DNA of 64,000 bases, from the NCBI RefSeq assembly GCF_964204865.1, contig NC_135252.1:9238001-9302000 (forward strand), in the 5' to 3' direction. Shown here piece after piece: positions 37,355-52,600 of the stretch. This DNA is from Styela clava (taxonomy: Eukaryota). The notes under the pieces were generated by a model. It made no database searches. It saw only the letters and a program-made list of their open reading frames with translations, and had not been told where the DNA came from. Made by a program: the position numbers and the translations under genes. Position 1 is the first letter of the stretch, and every line of letters begins with the position of its first letter.

Positions 37355-40300
37355 TCAATACATTCGATGTTCTGAAAGCGCATATCCCGCATTGTAGAGA
37401 AGTGCAAGAGATGTGCCAACCAAATAAAAGGGATGACCATTGCTCCAGAATGCTTTGTCATTGACTGCGCTAACCAGTACAACAAACATGGACAGCACAT
37501 ACATCTGTATAATAATAAACCAAAAAATTTGTAATCAAATTGAATGCTTGAAATGCAAAAGTAGGCAATGAAATGATCAGAGTAAGCCTACCCCAAAGAG
37601 GTACAAATAATATTCTGATACAGTTAGTGTGATAAATCAAACATGTAGCATTTCTTATATGACAGCTTCCGACGCAATTTGCTCATAACAAGGCCCTGTA
37701 CAAGTATCCACTGATATCTATCGATATAAGAAGAGCTACTTGTTTTGGAAAAACCAGAAACTACCAAAAATTTATCACACCCTGGGTAAGTGGTAAGCAT
37801 GGTATATGAACATGAGATGCCAGCCTGCGATACTACGATTAACAATGCTTTGACCATTACACCCACAAAATTAGATTCAATCTGGTAATTTGTACAAGAC
37901 CATACTTCAAAAGAATACTTTATAGTTAGAAAACATAGCTCAAAGTTGTAACATCAACAGCCAAGTCTGGGGAAAGATTAATATTTAGTATAACCGTATT
38001 TTCACAAATAGTGTCAAAATGTTTGATGAAGTAAGTCAATATTCAAATGACAATGCTGTGTGTGAATAAGTCATTTATTAACAAAAGAACCTTGAAGTAG
38101 AAGCATTATCTGAACTCACCACTAGTTTTGATTTCAGTATTGCAATGGCATCTTCTCTAGATCGGAAACATAAAGATGCAAATGAAAGTAAGGATTGTCC
38201 AATAACCGCAATACCAAGAGCTTTGGTGAGAAGTCCAGCCGATTCAGTCTAACATTGAAGATTAGATTAATTTATGTATTATATTCAGTTTGAGCAAGAA
38301 AACCTCATTTTCATATCAAATGCCATTATTCCGATTATAGCAGTTACTAGTTTCTGCCTATGAACAATCGCCACATTGAGCTTCAAATTATGCAGCAGCC
38401 GCAGCTGCTATTTCTGTAATAATTACAACCAACGGTAAGCACTTTTGACAAGTCAGCGACATATCACTGACAAAATAAACGCCGTACAACAGCTATTGTT
38501 ACAGCATATATCCGTGCACAGATAAAAAAAATGATCCCATTTTGTTTTTATGCATCAAAAGGGAGGTCAAGCGAGACCACAAAAACATTATTCTGCAGTC
38601 CCTTGCAAGCTGCAGTTTGCCGACCACTGCCGACATTATTCTAAAGCAGTATAATCAGCAGTACTAGTGACAGCGTGATTGGGTTCCTTCAATTGAATAA
38701 ACAAACTATTGGACTTTTCTTGGGCATATAACTATTCCTGTCATCATAATAAAGCAACATATGCTTACACAAATAAAATAGTATAAATCTCATTTACCAT
38801 CTTTTCACAAAACACGTCAGGAAACGCCAGAGCACAACATCCTAGGAAAAATGTTGACATAGCATCAACTGACACATGCCAACTTATGGGATCTCCAATT
38901 GTAAGGTACGACTTGGATGACATTGAGAAGAGGTGAGCAAAATCTCCAAGCACCAGAGGAAGCAATATCACTAGAGTCAGCATACATGGCAACTGCAATA
39001 TATATATTACGAATATATAAGCACACAACTGCAGCATTTACATTTGAACATTTTTGTTCATACCTCATCGCAGTGATAGCATAATGAAATTACCTAATGT
39101 CCAAAATGGAAATTACATGATCGTGCTACACAAGATCATTATTTCCTTCAAAATAATTACTCAATTTGTCATTTAATCATGCTCATTGCTCACTAAGAGA
39201 GTTCTAAATTCTATTGTTTTTGAGTAACTTATCCATACAAAAAGTTCTTGACATAGCACATCCTTTATCAGGTAGGGTATCGTCTTCTATTTAAAAGTGT
39301 CCACAATTTCTAGAAAAATCATCAGAAGGGTCATCACATTGAAGAGGTTGTTTCTCTAGTAAGATTTTTCACAGATATTTAGGCTTAGCTAATTATTGAT
39401 GAAAATTGGTAACCATTGGAGATTAGTGGACATGGACATTTCTACTGTAATTCTGAAAAAATTGATACTATACCTGTAAACCTAAACTACGTCTAATACA
39501 GATACTTACATTCAATACAAATTTGGACTGTATCCCATATAAAGCACAGAGAATCAGGGAGCATCGAGTCTAAAGAAGAAAATATAGGGCGAATGTTAGA
39601 AAGCATTAAGAACAATGTTTTAAATATAAAGCAAAGTTTGTAAAGGAATCTGTCATTCATAAGTATGTGAAAAATAGTAAAGATTTATAGAAAGGATTTT
39701 AAGTTAAGTTTAGTCACACAAATATTGCGGTATTCAGAATCTCAATAAGTGCAGGTCATTTTAGCACAAATATGATATCACAATACAAAATGAATATAGC
39801 ATCACAATACCATTTTATGTCAAAGGTGTGTACAAAGAAATAAACAAAACTGAAATACAATATTGCACAGAACTGTTGATTGGATAACTTATATTGATCC
39901 AATTGTTATTTCAGGAATGAATTCCATTCCATACAGAAAGATAACTTCGTATCCTGAAAAGACATGAAATAATCTTTCTGTTTCAAAATATATCTACATT
40001 AGTATTAGAGAGAATATTAAACTAACAAACCAAAATGTTGACGACAGTTGTACTGAATACGACTTCAGGCTGGACTGAATTTCTGGTTATTTGATAAGCA
40101 ATTGATTGTGCAAGCAAGCATGAAAAAACAAGTTGAAAAACACAGATTGGAAGATTGTTTGTGGTTGATACCTAAAAAGAAATTGATGATAGATTATAGG
40201 ATATATCTTAATGAAGAATTCAACAAAAATAGTTTCCTTTGCTTTGATGATCCAGGTGATTTTTTTTTATTTAGTATTGAATATATATGGCCCTACTTGA

Positions 40301-40800
40301 AATGAATTCCCATAATATATGGTGTGAGCTAGATCTAGTAATCAAAGCATTTGCCTGAGCATGGTGCTACATTTCACCGCCTACATACATCAAGTTTTTA
40401 CCAAACTTACTAACCCAAGGTTAACAAACTTACTTGAATTTGTTCAACTAACATGATCAAGTCTTTGGCAATGGCAATGAGTCTTCTGACAGAGATCCAA
40501 AGAAGCATATGAGTGAAATATCCATTACGAAACTAACTCAATCTCAATTATGCTATCATATTAATTATTAACCATATGATAAAGTAACGAAATAGAAAAT
40601 AAACTTACAACGTATGACAGTGATCCACTTGGAAAGAAAATAAGAATTGCATAAGCCACAGCCAAACAACCTTCTACAATGGCAGTTCTCTGACGATTTC
40701 CAACACCTTGAACATATAGAATGAACCCAAATGCAGATGTAAGAAACATCAACATCTGGTTACATTCACCACTAGATGTATCACTACCTTGTGCAGTCAT
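37355..40800 (-). CDS. Uncharacterised multi-pass membrane protein, paralog C (~288 aa)
   Basis: Exons 40800-40609, 40171-40031, 39569-39510, 38992-38798, 38248-38120, 37504-37355; phase-0 GT-AG introns; motifs VLGDFAH, IGDPISWHVSVDA, ALAFPD, LSFASLCF and LKSKLV; ends EHRMY*. Confidence 0.85.
37766..37860 (-). mobile_element. Degenerate tRNA-derived SINE fragment
   Basis: Reverse strand GTAATGGTCAAAGCA...GTTCATATACCATGCTTACCACTTACCCAGGGTGT matches the B-box/CCATGC.CACCACTT.ACCCAGGGTGT segment at ~63775-63811. Confidence 0.45.
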
Positions 40801-43540
40801 TTTGATACTTCCGAAGTTTTGTAAGTTTTGTAAAAATTTGAAATTTACACAAAATTTAAAAACTTAAATAGAACTATCAATTGCCTGAGTAAAGACAAAA
40901 ATAATTAGTAAAAGCGAAAATAATAATACTCTTCATAATTTAGATAATACATACACCATATCTACCAATAGCAAAGAGCAGAAATATCTATCTGAATACA
41001 TTGTAATATTAAGCTAAAAGCTATCTGAAATCGTTGATTCCAGTCTGTACTCCATTAAACTTCAATGAAACTGAGGTTCAATAAATTTGTTTAGAACCTA
41101 TTAAAAAGATGTGGAAAGAACAAAAGAAAACTTTTTATTGATAAATATGAGAAAATTTCAAACTTCTTTGGCAGTAGAAATTTGTATTCACTATTTCATA
41201 CCTGGCTTCTCAATACAGTTTTAATACTTATTAAATAGTAACTGTAATCTCAGAGTGAAGAATACAATTTCATATCAGCTTGTTTGTGCATGATAAGTTA
41301 CATCACGACTACCGGTAATCTCTGAATAGATTTATCAGGGTCTTATACACACATCCATTTATCAGAATTCTAGTTCAATCAATATCAATCACATTGTCAA
41401 TGAACACACTAAAATGTGTTGAAGCGATGCGTCAATTGAAGCCACATGAAGATATCAAAATTTGGTTGAACTTTTAATAAGATTTGTCAGAACACTCAGA
41501 AGTGAGACATTACTTATGATTATGATCAAGGAATAGAATCTGCTTTGCATATTACAATCATTCATGGTAAATGTGGAAAGGAAATCATGATTAATGTGAA
41601 AATCTTAATGTAAAATCATTATATTTATTATTTTCAAATATTGAGTAGGCCCTATTGACCTAATATCATACTAATTTACACCCACATAACTTAAAAATTC
41701 AAAAATCACCAACTTTCTACACCTTACATGATCAATGTTTCAATTTTTTACAATGTTTTTAAATACTGAACAAATGCGAAGCAAATGTATCCTGAATGAA
41801 CCAGGAGATCCTTTAATGTGTTATCATCACTCATCAGTATGACAAATAATGTTGATGGGGTTAATATAATAAGGTACAGGAAAAGGTTAATAGGTGAAAT
41901 CGGTCAAGGAAATTGAAATACATTTTTTCATGTTGTCTAATTTTTATGAGAGACATGCTTTAGTGACTGAGATACTTTTACTATCTTACTTGAGTTACGA
42001 TCATACTTTGTCACAATATCTTCAATGTACAAATAAATATTTTAAAATTTATGGAAACAAACCATCACAACTTGTATAAGTCAAAACTGCCACGCATCTT
42101 CATCAATTCAACTCTTCTGCTGCTATCAAATTCTGTCCTCAATATTTTAATACTGTAGGTTTTCCTTGAAATTGTTTCATTCATATATCTACTAACTATT
42201 TTTCTATAAATCTGTAATACAATTCAATTAGAAAATGATTACTACTGTACTAGAAGATACCTTGGGTTATTTGGGTATATGATTATACTAAAAAAAATCT
42301 AAAATTTGACAAACTGAAATCAGTGTAGAGTACCAAAACATGGCAAAATCATTTTTTTAAACGTTACAAAAGGACAATTGGCAGCAAATGTTGGTTGACA
42401 ATATTTTTTACAAAAATACAAAATAGGTGCATAATCAAAACCTGATACTATTTGTAAAAAATGTTTTTGAACAATGATTAGTTAGTTATAAAATGAAACA
42501 AATCTCCTTAAAAATAATTTCATTGGTGCTGAATGTTAAAAGAATAATACAACAATACAAAAATCATGGATTTACACAAAATAACGGTTTTCAAATTTGA
42601 ACTTCTTGTATTATTATTTAACTAACTATATTTTATTAGTAAAATTGGCTGTACTTTCAGGCAGAAACTCCTTCCTTTATTAAATGTTAAAAATGAGCCA
42701 TTTCATTACAGCTAAAATAGTATTAAAAAAATTTCGTTCAAGTCAACATTACAAAATTATCTAACTTTGTGAACAACATGAAAATGAATTTTTCATCAAA
42801 TCTCCAGCAAAATCCTAGTAATATACAACATAACATGAATGAAACGGATATGCATGATATGTATGTACCATGTGTGCCATTAATTCAAGTGAAATTTTGA
42901 ATTATGAAAGATTGGAAACAAAATAATTTGCTATAAAATTTGGCCCTGATTGAAAACAAAACAATTCAAATAATGTTAATAACGTATTCATGGCACTGTT
43001 TCAGCTGTTTTCTATTGGAAACTTCAAACTTTCAGTATCTAATTTATGTATAAATAATACCTAAAGTGAAATGAATTGTCATGTCTCATATGATTTAATA
43101 AAATTATCAAATGCAACAAGAAATAAGAATACATAACTGTTGGATAGGGCAATTTCACACCTTTTCTAAATTTTAATGATTTAATTTATCCAGTGAACAC
43201 TTAACTATAGAGTACATAAAAGTTAACATGATAAGATAACAGGAAAACTATATATCTCATAAAAGGGATATTTGGTCCATTTTACTACAAATTCCTAGCA
43301 TATAACAAACAAAGCAGTATCATGTATCAAGTTGTATACATTTTAAATTGATAAAGGTAGACAAAAATGTTATGCAAATTTTTATCATATCAAATAGCAG
43401 CAAACATGATTGTTTCGGAGTAGACACAACATTAAAAATATGTCTGTGATGATGTATTTGTTCCAAAGAATTTAAAAAAATTCAAGTTTGCAAAAAATTG
43501 CTGACTTCAAAGAAAAAAATATGTTGAAGAGGAAAATCAA

Positions 43541-46500
43541 TTAATCTTCTTTTCCATGTCTGTAGACAACGGAACCGGCATTTATGGCCAGTCCACCCAT
43601 TACTCCCACCATGATAGCAGCATGTCCATAGGTGCGGAAGTGGCTATCTATGAGCATGTTTGTAAGAGCATTGAGCAAAGCTGGGAGGTAAACCTGCGAA
43701 AAAAATTTAGTAATTTATTAATTACATTATTAATTATTAATTACATAATTAATTACATTACAAGTATTGGCATTTTCACTATTTTAGATTTTTTATAATT
43801 TTCACAGTCAAATTACATGACCATTGAGAGTAAAACAGAGAACCGCCAACTAAGTAAATACACACAACACACAAACATGAGTTCTTATGCTAAGAAATCA
43901 GAGAGATGAAGAAATCCAGGAACACACTTGGTATTGAATTTCTGTTTCACCTGTTCAGACGCTTGAAGATTTGAATCGTATGAGAATTGAAATGCTAAAT
44001 GTTAAATTTCCTATGCTTAGTATTTAACTCTCTTTACACTCACCACAAGCTTAATTTTCAGAGTATTCACGGCATCTTTATCATCTCTGTAGCAAAGTGA
44101 TGCAAACGACAACATTGAACCAGAGAGAATCAAAACAGCAACTCCCCTCAGAGTGAAGAAATGACACTCACGCAACTGAAATCCACGACTCTAAAAAGAA
44201 TCATTTACCATTTTTCATGTAGTGGTATTTCACATATTTTATATATCCTACAATGATACATAATTCGTGAATTTTGGAAAATTTTTAATTGCTATATAAA
44301 ACAGTTATAGTTGCTAAACGAATATAGGTTTCGTAAATAAACATGGGTGAACATTGAAAAAGTAAGAAATCTAATATGATAATGTAAACAGCATTATATA
44401 AACTTTAACAAATGCAAGAAAAGACGTCATCAAACATACCACCAAGGAGCAGAACATATCTGGAAATCCGAGTGCCAGTGAACCTATGAAAAATGTAAGA
44501 AGAGCATCTATGGACAGATGAAAACTGATCGGATCTCCAACAGTTCTACTTCTGTATTGTCTTGTTTTGGTTTTTGCCATGAAATATATATCACCGAAGA
44601 GCAACAACGCAGTCTGTGCTGTATCAATATAAGCTGATATTTCGTGCTGTAAATATGATTTCTGCATTCAGTTGTCAATGTATTACTTTATTTGTTTTTT
44701 ACTATAATAAACGTTTCAAATCAAGAAAATATGAACAAAGCATGATATCATTTTACATTCACCAGTTCAACATTCTGAAAGTAAGTCTAGTGATGCAAAG
44801 TCCAGGAATCTTCTTGTTTAGGGAGACACAAAAAAATTTAACCCACTCCTCCAACCTACGTATATCTTTGTTAAGACGAAGGAGGTCCAAAGCTCGGCTC
44901 AATCCCCCTCATCCCCAAGCTATAGACGAAGAGGGTTCAAAGCTTGGCTTCAACTAATCACCCAGGTATAGATGAGAGAGGTTCAAGGCTTAGCTCACTT
45001 CTCTAAACCACCTAGTATAGACGAGAGAGATTCAAAACTTGTCTCAGTCACCCTAACCACTCCGGTATTGACGGGGGAAGTCCAAAGCCTGGCTCAGAGT
45101 TTCCCCTAATCACCCATGTATTGATGGGAGAGGTCCAAAGCTTGGCTCAGTCCCCCCTAATCACCCAGGTATATATTCGAAGAATACATAAATCTCGGAT
45201 AATAAGAACTTGGGTTTGGGTATCTCCATTATAAGAGATCCACATTTGAAGGCATTTATATTATTATCAATATTTAAATTTTATTTTATTATAACACCTA
45301 ATATTTTGTATTTTTAAATTGCTATCTTATTCAAAATTTCTTACAAAACAAAATAAACATTTTATTTGTAACATTATAAGCATCGGTACTTACATTTACA
45401 TTGAACGTGTCTGTATATATAGCCACAAAATAAGTCATGAGAAGAGGACCACGCCCCTGAAGTATAAAAAAAATGATACATTTTTTATGACTGCAAAATA
45501 CAGTTTATGACGTGTATAACGAAACATTGTTTAATAATGAATGGATAAGAAATGTAAAATAATTTCAAGCTTTTCATTAATCCCAAGCTGGACAATATGA
45601 TACTTGACAGTTTTGAGGTTTGGTAAAGTAAAACTCACTTATTTAGAACGCTAAAATTATCATATCTCAAACTAGAATTGGAATATGAAGCAAACTTAAA
45701 CATTTCAGAATTTACTGATAATTTATATTATAGTACAAAAGCAAGTTACCAATATATTTGTAATTGAAACAGCGACTGGTACAGTACGATCTGATGATTC
45801 TTGTGTCAAGTAGACTGCCGAAGCTTGAGCAACAAAAGAAATGATCAGAAGTCGACACATGTAAACAGTAAGTGCATCAGATTCTCTCATCTGTAAATCA
45901 AGATTTTGTAACATTTGAGCGCCGACGAAATAGCTAGTAATTTTTTATCTAGATTTAATGAAATCCCTGGAGCAAAATGTTTTTAACAATCAGAATAAAA
46001 AGCATTGGTGACACCAAGAACTTGAATATTTTCAATAGTTTTAAAAAAAAATTTACTACAATGCCTCATTTGTAAAACAAGTAACAAATTAGGTAATTAA
46101 ATGAAGTCTTTTAAAGAAGGGGATTAGGCGAAGCAGAATAATAAAATGCCAAGATATATTAGCGCCTATGTCTGAAATAATAAAAACTACATAGGCCTAT
46201 TATTGTAATAGTATCAAACTTTAAGAATCTGGGAACTGATTTAAGATCTGAACAAAATTGTGAGATAAGTGTATAAAAATTATCCGGTAGTTCAATAAGA
46301 ACAGACATTCTAATATTATGAATACCCTATAAGGATAGGTAATGATGAAGCAATCCATGTAGTACCTAGTTTTTAGTAGTACTTGTGCCTAGTATTATTT
46401 TGTAGAACTCAAAATGATATACAAATAATACAATGATTAAGTTCAAAATTACTGGCTTCCAGCAAGAATATACCTGCAGAAATAAACTGTCAAAATATAC

Positions 46501-46799
46501 TGATGCATCATTCCTAATCTCTATTCCAGTATCATTATATTTCTGTTGGTAAAACGACAAAGTAAATAGTATCAATCAAATCTATAAATATGACTTACGA
46601 AGTATGGGGAAAGCACTCCAGAAAATGGAAAAGAGAGGGCATACATTACACCAAGGCAAACTTCCATGTTAATCCAATATTTACGATTCTGCAGCAGTTG
46701 GATATACAGAACTATCACAGCTGCTACTCCAGCAAATAATGCAAACTTTCGAATATCTTGATATTCATCAGTAATATCCGCAGCTGTTTCGTTTCCCAT
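43541..46799 (-). CDS. Uncharacterised multi-pass membrane protein, paralog B (~303 aa)
   Basis: Exons 46799-46599, 45890-45750, 45456-45394, 44646-44440, 44190-44044, 43693-43541; phase-0 introns; motifs LFGDIY, VGDPISFHLSIDA, ALGFPD, LSFASLCY and LKIKLV; ends HGKED*. Confidence 0.85.
44875..45173. repeat. Degenerate minisatellite, ~6 units of ~46-53 bp, in paralog B intron 3
   Basis: Approximate unit GAYGRGAGAGGTYCAAAGCTTGGCTCAGTCCCCCTAATCACCCAGGTATA repeated head to tail. Confidence 0.85.
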
Positions 46800-49623
46800 G
46801 GTTTTCTTCACTTGACTGTAGTTGCAATACTAGTTACTAAAGTATCTACAATACAATGAAAATACAGTAACAATTCAGAAATTAAATGGAAGTATTATAT
46901 TCAAGGCACGTTCAAATAGTAAGGTTATTTTCAAATCTCAAATTTCCTGAGAAGACATTCTAGATTCTACGATACAGCTCCTGTATATAAACATAACACA
47001 AAGGATGATGTATAAAAACTCATCAAAATATTTCAGCATACAATGAAGAAATTTGACAAGACTGTTCTAAAAAATTTGAACTTTGAATTTAGCAAAACAA
47101 AATATTTCTTTCTTCCAGCAATTCAATATATATTGTACAAAATGTCAAAATAGCCAAGTCCAAATTGATATGCAACCAAAAGTATGAGCAAGATGTAATT
47201 TGAAACAAAATTAACGATCAATAGTATTTAAGTTTTATCAACAATGCACGTCTGAAAACTGTTTCTGCATATAATTTTATACTGTTAAATTTGATATATA
47301 TACAGATAAATATCAATTTTATCAAACACTTACTCATTTCTACATTCAAGAGACGGAAATAAATGGTTCAAATTTCAATGATACAATAATTCAGTAATTT
47401 TGAATTTCAATAACTATGTATATACATGATTCGAACAAATCAGACAGACCGCAGAAAGAGCTTTGCTTTGAACCAAAAAATTGAGCAAATTGACTCTATA
47501 TCCGGAATTCAAGCAAACTAGAAAGAAAAATTTCTTTTCAGTAATACAAAAGCAAATTATAAAATGTTGCATCAATTTGAGGGGCAATTTATCATTCAGA
47601 TTTTTAGTAACCACTTTTTCATTATTAATAATACCAATGAAATGAGCCAACATTGAGATAATATCAAAAGAAAAGTAAATAAAATACTAGCAGACACACC
47701 TAAATTTCACCAAAAATTTGATATTTCAGTACAAGTATTTTAGTACACTATATATTTGAAAACCCATATTTTGAAAAGTAATACTATGATACATGGCACT
47801 GGATGGCAGTTCGTTACTATGTGACTGCATAGACCAGTGATGCTGATTATTTCATCCAGTCTTCAAATTAGTCATTTTTTATAAATCAGCATAAAAGAAT
47901 CAAATTACACTTAAAAATGAAAGATTAATGGCTAAGATTTCCTGTTGCTCAGCATGAAGCATTAATAATAAATTACTCATGTGTTACTATATAATGCATA
48001 CGAAACACCAAAATAGTAACAACACCATATAATGATTGATTAATGTTACTGTATTTTATTATTATGATAGTTATAGTATTGCTTATGTTGATAAGAAAAG
48101 TGCAAAATTCCTAATTTGGAATGAAATAATGTTAGTAGTAAGCAAAGTGAAATATTACGGGCTGTTGAATAGCCAAATGATCCAAATTATATCCCATATT
48201 TTTATATTATATCCACTTTTCAAAACTTTCATTTTCAAAATGCAGAAAGCTATAAATCATTTGGAATTTCAAAATTTTACTTCACAGGCCCATAACACTA
48301 ATAACAAATAGTATTTTAAAAATTCTGAAAATATATTGAACCAATATTTTTGACTTTTTTTTCTCCGCCATAAAGAGAGAATGATATTCTAATATTTGAG
48401 CATTTATTGTGAACAATGTTTCGAAACACAAAAATTATAATTCAATTTTGATCCTAACTGACATAAATAAAAAAGTTTCCAGAAAAGGCTATGATGAAAT
48501 GAATAGAAAATTACCAGTATTTGCTTTTCAGAATATACTCATCAGTAACAAACACTTGGTTTCTGAAAATGCATTCAATAGAATTCTCAAAAAAGCACCT
48601 GCTAATACCACAGAGATACAACAGGCAAATGCAATTGTCTATTCTCTATGATTAGTCAATCAATATGCCCAAAAATTTACACATTGTAATAGCAGCATGC
48701 ACATTCATGGTACCCAGTATCAATAAAGCATATTAGAATAAAAATGCAAGTATCAAATCAAATTGCCCGAATTTTGATAACGGCGTGGGTACAAAATTTG
48801 TTATGAAAAATACAAAAAAAATGTATACACCAAATTTATATTTTCCCCAAAACGATTAGAGATATACAAACTAAAGTATCATGTCATAAAAATCCTACAA
48901 TGAACCCTATTTTTTAAAATTAAATTATTTAATATACAATTGCCTGTAACTCGCCTAGAAAAATGTAAAAAACTTGTGCTAAACATACAAATGTGTCTTT
49001 TACATATACAAATGCTCACTTTTGCAATTCTGAGGTTATTTTACAAATATTTAGTATGTTAAAATCAATAAAACCACACCAAAATTTAAAATGTCAATGA
49101 TATAAAACAACTACGTTACATGATGCATTTTAAATACAAGAATATATAGGTATATAACTCCAGTACCATTATATTACATAATAAGGTTCACTAGAAATCA
49201 CACCATTTTGAATATTATTAGGATTATACGTGAATGAATACTAAAGAAATTCAGGTAAAACATTCTGTGCAAGAAGGGTCTAAAAGAAGTATGGTCTATA
49301 AAGAATAGGCATTTCAGAAAATATAATCACATGAGGTTGACCCAGTGTGATAGAATGAAATAATATGAAACATTACTCTAGCTTACATAACACTACCTTA
49401 ACATCCTTCAAAACCTTGTCAGATCTCATTTAAATAAGAGCATGTTTCAAAACATAACCACAGAATTTCAATAATATGATGAAATCGAAATTCAATATTC
49501 AAATGAAAACACTTTGTAGTTAAATTGTTGGTTTTTTTTACATTATCAAATATAATTATACACAGCTTTTCTTTTGCAACTCCAAAACACAGAAGATGAA
49601 TGGATGAGTAACATTATCTGACA

Positions 49624-52600
49624 TTAATACAATTTTTCCTTCTCATAATCCCAGACAGCATATCCAGCATTCAAACACAAAACTCCCATTCCTCCAATAA
49701 CTGGTATAGTGTGTCCTGGATGCTGATATTGTGAATCCAAAACATAGTTGACAGCAGCCAGAAGTATGACGGGTGCATACAGCTTAAATTAAAAGAGGAT
49801 TTTTTTTTAACTCTCGCAAAATATAACAAATTTAAATTTCACAGTGGAACCCAGGTATATCACATGAAATTTTATATTATGTCCTTATCAGTATTGTAAT
49901 AATTATTATCATATTTTTTGATACAGAAATATAAAATATGATTCAACTGTTTTTCCTGAGTTTCTACCATGGAACTTATGATACATTCACATCTTAATCC
50001 TTTTCTACGAGAGAATATGATTTGAACTTATTATTTGATAGCTAATAAAGATTCGCTTCACTCACACTTATAATTTATATACAATATAAAATCATATAGT
50101 CTCTCTCTAAATATCTGAATTCATATTGATAGCTCTTTTTGTAACATTATGTACCACTTCCCCTTTTTTATCACAACACAATCAAACAAAACAGGTGTCA
50201 TGTTTGAACAAATCGTCAACAATGAACAATATAAGTCTCCTTCAAATTTCTAAGGCGGAATCAAAGCAAGGTTAATCAACGTAAGTCATTTCATTATCTA
50301 CATGACCATATTATCTTATCGTACTGATAATATTTTGGTCTTTTGAAATACATTGTTATTGCGTTTAAAACATGAATAGAATATTTTATCTCCAACTATA
50401 AAAGAATAGAATAGTGTAATAGTGGAAACTACAATACTTGCTCTTCCAATTTTATCAAAACTTACCAATAACTTGGATTTCAGAACACTTATTGCATCAT
50501 CATTATTTTTGAAACACAAAGCAGCAAAGGAGAGCACAGATAAACCACATACAAAGGATCCAAAAACTTGAGTCGTTCCCACATGTCCTTCTCGAATTGC
50601 AATACTGGGATTCTAAAAAATGTTCATTGATTCAATTAATTTCAGAATAGATCGATTATGGAATAAAACAAGTATTTGCTAAAATAGAGTAGTAGACTCA
50701 TCTGAAATAAGTGAACAGATAAAAAAAGAATATTGCTATGAATTATGATTGATTTACCACAATTGAGAGGAACATTTTTGGGAATCCAAAGACCCAGGTA
50801 CCAAGTATAAATGTGAGTAATCCATCAATTGATAAGTGAAGACTTGTAGGATCTCCCACAGTGAGGCTGCCTTCTCTGGTTGACAACTTGGATAATTGAA
50901 ACAGATCACCAATGATCAGAAGTGACACAGTTACCAAATCACATTTCAAAGCAAACTGTAAAATAAAACACCTTGTTGAGAATTGTTGCATCAATGAAAA
51001 AATAATGCCTGTGTGAAAGATTACAGGATCTTCAAATCAGAGCAAAAAGATCTGGGCACTCAAAGATGAATTTGCTGTCACTATAAAAAAAATCCTGTAT
51101 GCATAGGTAAACATTTATTGTGTAACAAGTCTATTCAAAATGTGGTCACACAACAAACACACATAAAAAAAACGTTGTCCTTCGCAACCAAAGATATAAT
51201 GAGTATAATTAGCCATTATGATTCAGCCAAAACTGAAAATTGAAATCATAGAATACGAGGCTATAGCAGCTGTACCTAGATAAAAACAAATAGCATTCCC
51301 CATATAATTTATAATAAAGTATTAGCACTTACTTTTGATACATTTTTGGTGTAGTAGAGTCCATACAGAGTGCACATCAACAATGCGGCCCGAGACTGAA
51401 TAATAAGTATAGGTGATGGCAATGATTACACAAAAAGTACAATGTATTTTAAACGTTATATATATTATTACTAATTTTAGAATTTATCAATTTCATTACT
51501 TTTTGTATTTGATTTATTATTATTTGTATTTAATTGTGTTTGTTATATTATAATTAAAAAAATAATTTCTGTATATTATTGTACAAGAAATATTTATTTC
51601 ACCAATGATTATTCAAATGATATTATTCTTGAACTATGGTATATTGTCTATTAAAATCATTCATCCTACAGCTGCATGAGAGAAGACACCAGTTGCTAAT
51701 AAAAACCACATGGGAATCATACCATAATTCAAATTACGGCCTTATAAGGTGTGCACTAAATTTTGAATATACAGAGGTCAATAAATATTTTTTCCTCAAA
51801 TGGACATTTTTAAGAAGCAAAAGACTATTAGAAATTTGCCCATAATGAGAATTTATTAATAAATATAGATGAACTTTATTTACACATGAAATATCATTAA
51901 TGGTCAAAAAATGACAATTGACAAATACAGAACAGATGTCAAACCAATGCCATGATACTGACCAGAAAACATGACACAGTCATTTCTTTTGCTCAGAACA
52001 AAAAACTATTCCAGATTAGGCGAGTAAAATGTTAAAACAAAACTCACCAAGATATTCGTTGTTGATATGGCAATTGCTACAGTTGGGTCACGAGATCTCC
52101 TGGTCAAAAATAAGGCTGCAGTTTGAGAAACTTTTGCAAGAAGCATGATTCGTAACAGGAATATGCTGAGGCTATCGACATCATAATTAACCTAAAAAAA
52201 AATATTGTATATAAAATGATTTTTCCAAGCAGATCTATTCAATCTGTCAGTCTAGAATCAAAATGAAACCAAATATACTGTAAATTAGTGGAATATGATG
52301 AGCATGTCACGACTAAATAGTCAATCATACAAATGAGGAAAGTCTGAAAAATTTGTAAAATTGATTGCATAATATAACTCTATATTCCACTTTCGTAGAC
52401 TTGGAGGGGCTTATGTAGTTTCGTACCTAACATACTTCTAGTGGGCGTAGCATGAAAATTTTTTCGCGTATCAATCCTAACCCCCACTCGACTACACCAT
52501 CCAAAAATTACGTGATTACGACGTCACAGTGACGTAATAGAGCCCTTCAAACTATACGAACTGCCATCCAAGGCGCGCAAACGAGCACCCGAAATCGAAC

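Noticed and set aside
44875-45173. Regularly spaced repeats as a CRISPR array
   Set aside because: Units are similar along their whole length with no unique spacers, the context is a eukaryotic intron and no cas genes are present.
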